Shown here: piece after piece, positions 8,625 through 15,566 of the stretch | How positions within the stretch are numbered: the stretch's first letter is position 1 | Layout of the letters: the number at the start of each line of letters is the position of its first letter | DNA from: a virus | Taxonomy: Duplodnaviria > Caudoviricetes | IMG/VR virus record: IMGVR_UViG_3300017971_000579 | Coordinates: 1-33,619 of that record | Length of the DNA: 33,619 bases | Direction: 5' to 3' (one strand) | Notes under the pieces: model-generated | Databases searched by the model: none | What the model was told of the DNA's origin: nothing | The model's input: only the letters and a program-made list of their open reading frames with translations | Translations under genes and position numbers: made by a program

Positions 8625-9239
8625 ATGACAAATTTTAGTACAGATTATTCAGTTCATGGAACTCTGAATCCTTCAGTCGAAGCGTTTCGGGTCTACATGC
8701 GCGAGTATTGTCCTAGGGGTCCTCACGAGGATTTGGAGCTGTTCCTGATCCTGCATTACGTCAGAAGCGATCACCGTTACTTCATTATGGCGAAGCCGGT
8801 TAACAAGGATTTGATAGGTACTGCTGAATCCTGGAAGATTGTGGATCCGCTCTACCGATTTAATGAGGATGAGTGTAATGCATGGCACGTCTACCTGACT
8901 GCCGGCGAAGGGAAATACTTGTTCGATGATCTGCCTAAAGACCTGGCTCATCTGAAGTACGTCACCTATGAGCGGAAAAATATATTGCGTTGCTTTCCAC
9001 TTGAGACTTTAAAGAAGAAACTTACAGGAGGTAAAAATGGAAGAGGATCTACTATTTTACAATTCAACGTTTGGCCGTCAGGGGTTCGAGAAGCAAATGG
9101 GGATGCTTCACTTCAAGGGAGGAAGTGCGGTCAAGGCCAGTCCATCTCCGCCTCCGGTAACGGAACGCAAAACGGAAGTCATCCAGGCAGAACGGGATGC
9201 AAGGCGATTAGTCAGAAACCGTCGAGGCTACTTAGCTAG
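8625..9239 (+). CDS. Hypothetical phage protein upstream of portal; C-terminal ~67 codons overlap the next gene
   Basis: Globular-looking core (FIMAKPV...AWHVYLTAG...YVTYERKNILR). The start codon is uncertain. Confidence 0.55.
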   Translation: MTNFSTDYSVHGTLNPSVEAFRVYMREYCPRGPHEDLELFLILHYVRSDHRYFIMAKPVNKDLIGTAESWKIVDPLYRFNEDECNAWHVYLTAGEGKYLFDDLPKDLAHLKYVTYERKNILRCFPLETLKKKLTGGKNGRGSTILQFNVWPSGVREANGDASLQGRKCGQGQSISASGNGTQNGSHPGRTGCKAISQKPSRLLS

Positions 9240-9324
9240 TACAATTCTGGCTGGAGAGACTGGAGCGGGTCAGGCTCAACAGAATGGCCGTGTTGGTGTG
9301 AACAGGCTTCTTGGTGGTGGATAA
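9037..9324 (+). CDS. Small virion protein typical of the position just before the podovirus portal
   Basis: Strong AGGAGG RBS; FKGGS...PSPPP...RRGYLASTILAG...LLGG pattern. Confidence 0.75.
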   Translation: MEEDLLFYNSTFGRQGFEKQMGMLHFKGGSAVKASPSPPPVTERKTEVIQAERDARRLVRNRRGYLASTILAGETGAGQAQQNGRVGVNRLLGGG

Positions 9325-9476
9325 TGGAAGGCATGTTCTTCAGTTGCGCTCTCTCGTGTGAAAACCGGCTGGATCAGCTCAATCGGGCGTACAAGGGTGT
9401 TGGAGAGGTTTTCAATAATCAGATTACCGTTATAGGAGTACATTATGAGCGACAAACTGGCAGAACAAGAATGTGA
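9324..9476 (+). CDS. Possible 50-aa hypothetical protein (MEGMFFSCALSCENRL...)
   Basis: TAATG-coupled to the upstream gene and fills the gap to the portal. No recognised motif. Confidence 0.3.
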   Translation: MEGMFFSCALSCENRLDQLNRAYKGVGEVFNNQITVIGVHYERQTGRTRM

Positions 9477-11133
9477 TGCGTGGCAGGCCATGGAAGCGGC
9501 TGCTGCGAATGAGCGCAATGGGTGGCAGGATATTTCCGATTACGTAGCTCCTCAGAAGAGTGCAATCACTGGATCGAAGAGTTATTCCATCGAGGAGTAC
9601 GCTGATAAGATTTACGACACTGAGGCGGTTCATTCCAATAGCGTGCTGGCATCCGGTCAAATGGACTACATGTTATCGGGCAAGTGGTTTGAGTGCATTC
9701 CTGAAGACAAGGATGCTCCTCAGGATGCGAAAGACTGGTACAAGCGGGCCGGTGAAACCCTCCTGGAGTTCCTTCCTGACACAAATTTCCCTCTGGAAAT
9801 GCATGAATTCTTCCTGGATCGTGGTGGATTCGGGACCTCTCACGTCCACTGTGAGGAGGATGAGGAAGACATCATGTATTTCGTACACGCTCCTATCGGC
9901 ACGTACTACATTCAAGAGAATCACAAGAAGCTGGTGGATACAATCCGTCGATGCTTCAAAATGGATGTCTACCAGGCTGAGCGGTTCTTTGGTGAGGAAA
10001 ACCTGAGTTCTTCATTCAGGAAGCTCAAGGACAGTAAGAGTGCAGCTGATAAGATTAAGAAGCTTGATGTCATTCATACTATCCGGCCACGGCGCAAGGA
10101 TGAGCGTGAGCAGGGTAAGATTGATGCGGTCAACATGCCTATTGCCTCGATATACGTGTGCAAGGAAGATAAGCATACTCTCAGGGAATCCGGTTATCCG
10201 GAACAGCCATTTAGCGTATCCAGGTTTGAGCGATGGGGAGATACCGGATATGGATGGTGTCCATCCCACATGGTACTGTTCACTATCCGTCAGACTCAGG
10301 ACATTGAGCGGGATATGGATGCCGTGTCTGAAGTGCAGGCCTTCCCTCGTACTCTTTCTCCGAAGGGTGTTGTCTCCAAGATCAGGCTGGAGCCGGCTGG
10401 TGTGACTTCCTACGATCCGAATGCTGCCAATGGTGCGAAACCTGAATTCTGGGGTCTGGAGAGTGATATTCGTCCAGGATTGGAGCGTGCTGAGCAGAAG
10501 CGTGAAATCATCAGGCGTGCGTACTTTGTGGACTTGTTCCAGATGCTCACGAATATGGATGAGGTCAAGCGGGAGAAAACAGCATTCGAGGTATCAAAGA
10601 TGCTGCACGAGAAGCTGACAAGGATCCATCCTACTTTCGAGCGAATCAAGATGGAGGTATTCAAACCTCTGCTTACCAGGATGTTCAATATTGGATTCAG
10701 GGCGAATCTGTTCGATGACCCTCCAGCAAGCGTCTACAAGGAGCGTAATCCTGGGAATTGGGTGATTCCTGCTCCGAAGTACAGCTTCACCTCCAAGCTG
10801 GCTATGGCTGTTCGATCAGCTGAGAATACTACTTTCTTCGAGTGGTGGGCTATGATGGCTCCTATTATGGAAATCATGGGTCCTGAGGCATTTGTGACTG
10901 AGTTGAATTTCACTCGGATGATCCGTATGACTGGCGACAATCAGGGAGTCAGCGTCGACTTCTTCAACTCACCTGAGGAACGCAAGGCTATCGAGGCGGA
11001 AATTCAGGCTCAAAAGGAAGCTCAGGCTGCTATGGCCATGGCTGAATCCGGTTCAAAGGTGGCCTCGAACATGTCAAAGCTGCCTCAGGAAATCATTCAG
11101 GGAGGTCCACCTCAACGGACAGGTACAGTTTAA
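9445..11133 (+). CDS. Portal protein (head-tail connector, T7 gp8/BPP-1 type)
   Basis: 562 aa; IYDTEA, ESGYPEQPFSVSRF..YG.CP, IRRAYFVDLF, KTAFEV and PLLTR.F motifs; gene order. Confidence 0.93.
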   Translation: MSDKLAEQECDAWQAMEAAAANERNGWQDISDYVAPQKSAITGSKSYSIEEYADKIYDTEAVHSNSVLASGQMDYMLSGKWFECIPEDKDAPQDAKDWYKRAGETLLEFLPDTNFPLEMHEFFLDRGGFGTSHVHCEEDEEDIMYFVHAPIGTYYIQENHKKLVDTIRRCFKMDVYQAERFFGEENLSSSFRKLKDSKSAADKIKKLDVIHTIRPRRKDEREQGKIDAVNMPIASIYVCKEDKHTLRESGYPEQPFSVSRFERWGDTGYGWCPSHMVLFTIRQTQDIERDMDAVSEVQAFPRTLSPKGVVSKIRLEPAGVTSYDPNAANGAKPEFWGLESDIRPGLERAEQKREIIRRAYFVDLFQMLTNMDEVKREKTAFEVSKMLHEKLTRIHPTFERIKMEVFKPLLTRMFNIGFRANLFDDPPASVYKERNPGNWVIPAPKYSFTSKLAMAVRSAENTTFFEWWAMMAPIMEIMGPEAFVTELNFTRMIRMTGDNQGVSVDFFNSPEERKAIEAEIQAQKEAQAAMAMAESGSKVASNMSKLPQEIIQGGPPQRTGTV

Positions 11134-11145
11134 TCGATCAGGATA

Positions 11146-11454
11146 ATGGAATACAGTGCAAGGGAAAGGGCTGAGGCCTATCGGTATGTCTTTGGACGTG
11201 ACGGTAAACGTAACCGGCATCAGGAAATCGTGTACCACGAGCTTTGTGGCAAGTGGAAATTCTACTCGTGCTTCCAGATGGTTCCTGGTGTAGGCGTGGA
11301 TACCGTTCTTGCTGCTCAGAATAGTGGCAAGGTCCAGGTTGCGGAAGCCATTCATAACAATTTAACCGTACCGCTACGTGACATCGAGGGCGATAACGTA
11401 GAGGTAACTAAGAAGCCCTCAGAGAGTAAGGAGAAAGATCATGTGGATGAATAG
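11146..11454 (+). CDS. Bbp19-like small protein after portal
   Basis: AYRYVFG...V..EL...GK.QV...I pattern and position between portal and scaffold. Confidence 0.6.
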   Translation: MEYSARERAEAYRYVFGRDGKRNRHQEIVYHELCGKWKFYSCFQMVPGVGVDTVLAAQNSGKVQVAEAIHNNLTVPLRDIEGDNVEVTKKPSESKEKDHVDE

Positions 11455-12466
11455 AGGAATTTTGCGCGATGAAGCCGGTGAAGGAGGCGAAGGCGGTGGC
11501 GGGGCAGGACCCTCAGCTGACACGCTCCTCGGTGAAGGTGCAGATGGAGCTGGGAATAACGGCGGTTCCGAAGGGGGCGGTCAAGAAGGTGGCCAGCCGA
11601 CTCCAAACAGTGATGCCGGTACAGCGAATCCCTGGTACTCCGGACTCTACAACGAGAAAGGGGAATTCTCGGAAAACTGGACTGAACGACTTCCAGAACA
11701 CTTGAAGGAGCATAAGGACTTCCTTGGCCGGTATAAGACTATCGACGTGGCGATGTCCAGCCTGGTAGAGAAGCAGAAAGCTCTTTCTTCTAAAGGTCTT
11801 GCTCGTCCGGAAGAGGGGGCTCCTCAGGCGATTGTCGATGAGTTCAATGCCAAGCTGCATCAACTCAATGGTGCTCCAGGGAATTCTGGTGACTACGATT
11901 TCAGTCCTCCGGATGATCTTCCTGAGCATCTTCGCTGGGGTGATGACGAATCAACTCGTATCCAGGAGGTACTGCATAAACACCATGCTTCTCCGCAATT
12001 AGCTGGTGAAATCCGTGATGTCTACACGAAGATCATTGCTGAACAGGAGGATGGTGCGATTGCTCAGTTCAATAAGAACGAAGATGCTGCGGTGAAGGCC
12101 TTGGGTGATGATCTTGGAAAGGTCAGCTCTGATATGCAGGCCACCATGAAGATACTCGGTTTTGAAGCAGACGACATGAAGGTGATGCTCAACAGTGCGG
12201 TACAGGCCGGTCTGGGTGAGAAATTCATGCGTAATATGGCCAGCCTGAAGGGACTGATTGATTCCGACAAGTTTGTGAATCTCTCCGGCGCGAATGAAGG
12301 CGGTGTGATGGGCGGTCAGGGGCAGAACTATGAAGAACTGGCAGCGAAGGAGCTTGATTCCATGTATGCAGCTGAGAAGGCAGGGGATCATGCAGCTGTA
12401 GCTCGTCACCGTCAGCAGGAGGATCAGTATAGAAAACTGGCTGCTCAGCAGAAAGGAGGTAAATAA
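11441..12466 (+). CDS. Capsid scaffolding/assembly protein
   Basis: Gly/acidic disordered N-terminus, W.E.LPE.LK and P.....YDF motifs, helical body; gene order. Confidence 0.75.
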   Translation: MWMNRGILRDEAGEGGEGGGGAGPSADTLLGEGADGAGNNGGSEGGGQEGGQPTPNSDAGTANPWYSGLYNEKGEFSENWTERLPEHLKEHKDFLGRYKTIDVAMSSLVEKQKALSSKGLARPEEGAPQAIVDEFNAKLHQLNGAPGNSGDYDFSPPDDLPEHLRWGDDESTRIQEVLHKHHASPQLAGEIRDVYTKIIAEQEDGAIAQFNKNEDAAVKALGDDLGKVSSDMQATMKILGFEADDMKVMLNSAVQAGLGEKFMRNMASLKGLIDSDKFVNLSGANEGGVMGGQGQNYEELAAKELDSMYAAEKAGDHAAVARHRQQEDQYRKLAAQQKGGK

Positions 12467-12468
12467 TC

Positions 12469-13143
12469 ATGGCACAACAGAAATTTGAAGGATACAGCCT
12501 GGAGTCAGGTGATGTCTTCCGTCAGGGAAAGAAGATCGCTGAAATAACTGATACCGGTTATGAGATGTCGAAAGGTCAGGCTCGATTCAAGGTGATGGTT
12601 GGGAAATTCCTGAAGGCAAATGGTGTTGAGCCTGAGGAGAAACCTCAAGCAGCTGTACCGATCCGTCACTATGAAGCTCAGATGTACAAGGAGCGGCATG
12701 GAAAGTGGCCGGAAGGATACACTCCACCTGAGGACAAGAAGGAAGAGCCAGTGAAAAAGAAGGCTCGTCCTCCCGCTCCTCCACCTGATGCTGAACCAAT
12801 CAAGCAACCTGGTATTAAGCCGGTTACTGAGGCTCCTATTGAAGAACCTCCTGAACCTCCAGGAATGGAAGGCGACAAGGAAGTTGCTAAATATCCTAAG
12901 GCGAAGGCTCAGGATTTGGCTGATGAAATCAATCAGGCTGATGCGGTTGAACCAGTCAGGACCGGTAAATTCGCTCTGCCTGCCGGCACTCAGCTGCAAG
13001 TACCTCCGAAGGAACGGACATTTCCTGGTCACAAGGCGACTATGATCTTCCAGAAAAACGGACGATCATATCAGCTTGGGCTAGATTATGAGCCAACTGA
13101 AGAAGATATGCTTGCAGAAATCGAGAAATTCAGAGAGCCTTAA
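12469..13143 (+). CDS. Pro/Glu/Lys-rich hypothetical protein
   Basis: AGGAGG RBS, 224-aa ORF with a low-complexity centre, followed by a terminator. Confidence 0.7.
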   Translation: MAQQKFEGYSLESGDVFRQGKKIAEITDTGYEMSKGQARFKVMVGKFLKANGVEPEEKPQAAVPIRHYEAQMYKERHGKWPEGYTPPEDKKEEPVKKKARPPAPPPDAEPIKQPGIKPVTEAPIEEPPEPPGMEGDKEVAKYPKAKAQDLADEINQADAVEPVRTGKFALPAGTQLQVPPKERTFPGHKATMIFQKNGRSYQLGLDYEPTEEDMLAEIEKFREP

Positions 13144-13206
13144 TCCCCTACGATGTGGTGATTAATATTACTGATTGTTTTGGTTACTTAATATTCTTGT
13201 TATTGG

Positions 13207-13240
13207 ATAGACCTCTGAGAAATCGGGGGTCTATTTTTAT
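13207..13240 (+). terminator. Rho-independent terminator
   Basis: ATAGACCTCTGA-GAAA-TCGGGGGTCTAT hairpin followed by a T-run. Confidence 0.8.
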
Positions 13241-13246
13241 GTAGCC

Positions 13247-13276
13247 TTGACAGTAGCTATTTCGATGCATTAGACC
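13247..13276 (+). promoter_or_regulatory. Putative promoter for the capsid operon
   Basis: TTGACA at 13247-13252 directly after the terminator; weak -10 (TTAGAC or TAGACC). Confidence 0.4.
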
Positions 13277-13283
13277 ATAAGAC

Positions 13284-13377
13284 GACATAGCCGATACCTC
13301 TCGTGTCACGGGACCCGGCGATTCAGCCAGAAATGGCAGCTTCGCCCTCCGCAATGGAGACACCCGAAGTCGATGTT
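13284..13377 (+). ncRNA. Candidate structured leader RNA upstream of the major capsid gene
   Basis: Closing stem GACAT/ATGTT encloses three hairpins: GCCG..TCTCGT-GTC-ACGGGA..CGGC; GCCA-GAAA-TGGC; GCTTCG..TCC-GCAAT-GGA..CGAAGT. Confidence 0.55.
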
Positions 13378-13420
13378 TCACACACATTAACTTAAATCTC
13401 TTTTTACACGAAAGGTTAAA

Positions 13421-14326
13421 ATGTCTAATCCGAATCTTCCTAATCATTATCAGGATGCATTCACGAATCGTTGGGTGGATCGCATTCAGCGGGAGATGAG
13501 TCTTTTGGCCAATACTGTTTCTATCGATTCAGTAAACGGTTACCGAAAGAAACTCGACCAGCTGGAAAAGCAGGCCATGCGTAAAGTCGCTGCCCGCCAC
13601 GCTCAGACTCAACAGGACCAGTTTGATACCTTCATTCGTTGGCTCTATACTTCCAAGTATGAGCTGAGTAACATCATTGACGAATGGGACGATGTTGAAC
13701 TTGGTGAGCTGATTGCTCCTACTGGCCGCTTGACGGTCAATCACACGTTCGCTTACAACCGGGCGAAGGACCAGACAATTGTCGATGGCGTTGAAGGCGT
13801 TGCATATACCGGTGAAAACGGTGCTACGCTTATCTCTGTTCCGTCTACTCAGATTGTCCAGGATACCTTCACGAAGGCTGGTACTTCGGTACAGTCTGGC
13901 CTCATCTTTGATAAGGTTGCTCGTGCAAAGCGTATCTTCCGCGGGAACGCCCTCATGACTGGTCGTGAAGTCTGTGCCGTTATCGGTCCGGACGACGAAG
14001 AAGACCTGATTGTTGACGTGAACGAAATCCGTAACCGAGATTTCTCTGCGGTCGCTCCTATTGATAAGGGTGGCCTCCATGAGGAATTCTGGATGGGATT
14101 CAATTGGATCGTTGGTGACGATGATCTGTTGACTACCGCCAGCAATGTTACCAATTGCCTCTTCTACCATAAGCGGCACATTTGGTTTGGTGACGGCCAG
14201 CGTCGGGCAAATATCGACATCCTTCCAAATCAGAGTCACGCAATCCAGGTACGCTCTCGCTGCCGTATGGGTTGTACTCGTGATGAGGAAAAGGGTGCGG
14301 TAATCGTTGAAACTTATCACGCTTAA
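13421..14326 (+). CDS. Major capsid protein
   Basis: 301 aa; AYNRAKDQTIV, L..G....WMGFNWI, IDILP...HAIQV...MG.TR..EKG.V motifs of this podovirus MCP family; AAAGG RBS; gene order. Confidence 0.9.
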   Translation: MSNPNLPNHYQDAFTNRWVDRIQREMSLLANTVSIDSVNGYRKKLDQLEKQAMRKVAARHAQTQQDQFDTFIRWLYTSKYELSNIIDEWDDVELGELIAPTGRLTVNHTFAYNRAKDQTIVDGVEGVAYTGENGATLISVPSTQIVQDTFTKAGTSVQSGLIFDKVARAKRIFRGNALMTGREVCAVIGPDDEEDLIVDVNEIRNRDFSAVAPIDKGGLHEEFWMGFNWIVGDDDLLTTASNVTNCLFYHKRHIWFGDGQRRANIDILPNQSHAIQVRSRCRMGCTRDEEKGAVIVETYHA

Positions 14327-14364
14327 TCACGAGCGTGACAATCGTCAGAAAGGAATAATTCCAA

Positions 14365-14832
14365 ATGGCTAAGAAAAATAGCGATGTTGTAGTTGCCCAG
14401 CTGAATCCTACTGCCAAGGCTCAGATTGACGAAATCAAGCTGATGGGTAATCTCAGTTACGTTCGTGCCTCGTACACGATTGTATCTGGTGATGCTGCCG
14501 GCGACGTAATTCGTCTTGTCGAAGTCCCTGGGGGTGTAGAGCTGATTCCGCATCTGTCTAAGACCAATACTGACGGACTCGGTACTGGCGTTACTGTCGA
14601 CATTGGAGACAATGATGATACTGACGCTGTAGATGCCGACCGTTACGCAGATGGACTGGACGTTGCGGCTTCTGGTGGCGACTTCTTTGATGCGAATGCG
14701 GTATCAGCCAGCCTGACTCCGTATGTCACTCAGAAGAAGTGCTACATTCAGGCCACTCTCGCAGTTACATCTGCGGGCAGTTTGACTGTTGGTAAGAAGA
14801 TCATCTTCCGGATGGTATTTGCCCGCCGTTAA
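14365..14832 (+). CDS. Capsid cement/decoration protein
   Basis: Follows the MCP; beta-rich, with AAGDVI.L..VP.G and VDIGD...DADRYADGLDV patterns. Confidence 0.65.
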   Translation: MAKKNSDVVVAQLNPTAKAQIDEIKLMGNLSYVRASYTIVSGDAAGDVIRLVEVPGGVELIPHLSKTNTDGLGTGVTVDIGDNDDTDAVDADRYADGLDVAASGGDFFDANAVSASLTPYVTQKKCYIQATLAVTSAGSLTVGKKIIFRMVFARR

Positions 14833-14872
14833 GCGAAGTAGATTTCCCTTGTTACAGGTATATCCACTGATC

Positions 14873-14908
14873 GAGGCCTAGTCCATCCACGGGCTAGGCC
14901 TCTCTTTT
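14873..14908 (+). terminator. Rho-independent terminator after the capsid genes
   Basis: GAGGCCTAGTCC-ATCCAC-GGGCTAGGCCTC followed by TCTTTT. Confidence 0.85.
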
Positions 14909-14936
14909 AAAAACAAGTCTTCCAGTTAATTAAGCC

Positions 14937-15563
14937 ATGATTTCAAAGACAGCTATAGCAAATCAAGCACTGACGCGGCTAGGTGACTGGCTGATACAGG
15001 ACATCGACGATTCCCAGTCTGTTCCGTCAGTCCGTATCAAGACAATATTCGACCAGTCTGTAAGGGAATTGGGTCGGATGTATCCATTCAGGTGTCTCCA
15101 GGCGAGGCAGCAACTCACCGTCAATGCGGCTGCTCCTGATTTTGGATACAATTACAGTTACAATCTTCCGGATAACTGGCTGAGGATGATTACGCTCAAT
15201 GATATTGATGCGTGGGATAATGATGATTGGTATGAGATTGAGGGGCGTACCCTCCTGACCGATCACGATGAGGCGAAGATTGTGTACACTCAGTATGTGG
15301 ATGACTCCACGAAGTACGATCCTTTGTTTGTGGCCGCTCTGGTGGTCTATCTGGCCGCAAAACTGGCTAAGCCGATAGCGGGCGATGAGGATCAGGGAAG
15401 GTTGCTGATGGCTGAATTTAAGCAGATGGCCTTTCCGAATGCTGCGGTTGTCGATGGCGACGACGATAGCAGAAGGCCACGCAAGCCGACTGACCGAAGC
15501 GAATGGATTCAGGGTCGTCGGTACAATAAATTTGGGTGGATGAAGTCTCAATATCCCTGGTAA
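14937..15563 (+). CDS. Tail tubular protein A / adaptor (T7 gp11-like)
   Basis: IANQALTRLG, Y.LP.NWLR, YEIEGRTLLTD and YDPLFVAAL...LA.KLA motifs. Confidence 0.88.
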   Translation: MISKTAIANQALTRLGDWLIQDIDDSQSVPSVRIKTIFDQSVRELGRMYPFRCLQARQQLTVNAAAPDFGYNYSYNLPDNWLRMITLNDIDAWDNDDWYEIEGRTLLTDHDEAKIVYTQYVDDSTKYDPLFVAALVVYLAAKLAKPIAGDEDQGRLLMAEFKQMAFPNAAVVDGDDDSRRPRKPTDRSEWIQGRRYNKFGWMKSQYPW

Positions 15564-15566
15564 ACC

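Noticed and set aside
13529-14320. 263-aa antisense ORF
   Set aside because: Shadow of the major capsid gene.
14326-14365. T7-style MCP readthrough/frameshift extension into the next gene
   Set aside because: The next gene is not in the readthrough frame, no clear slippery heptamer lies at the MCP end, and it has its own RBS.
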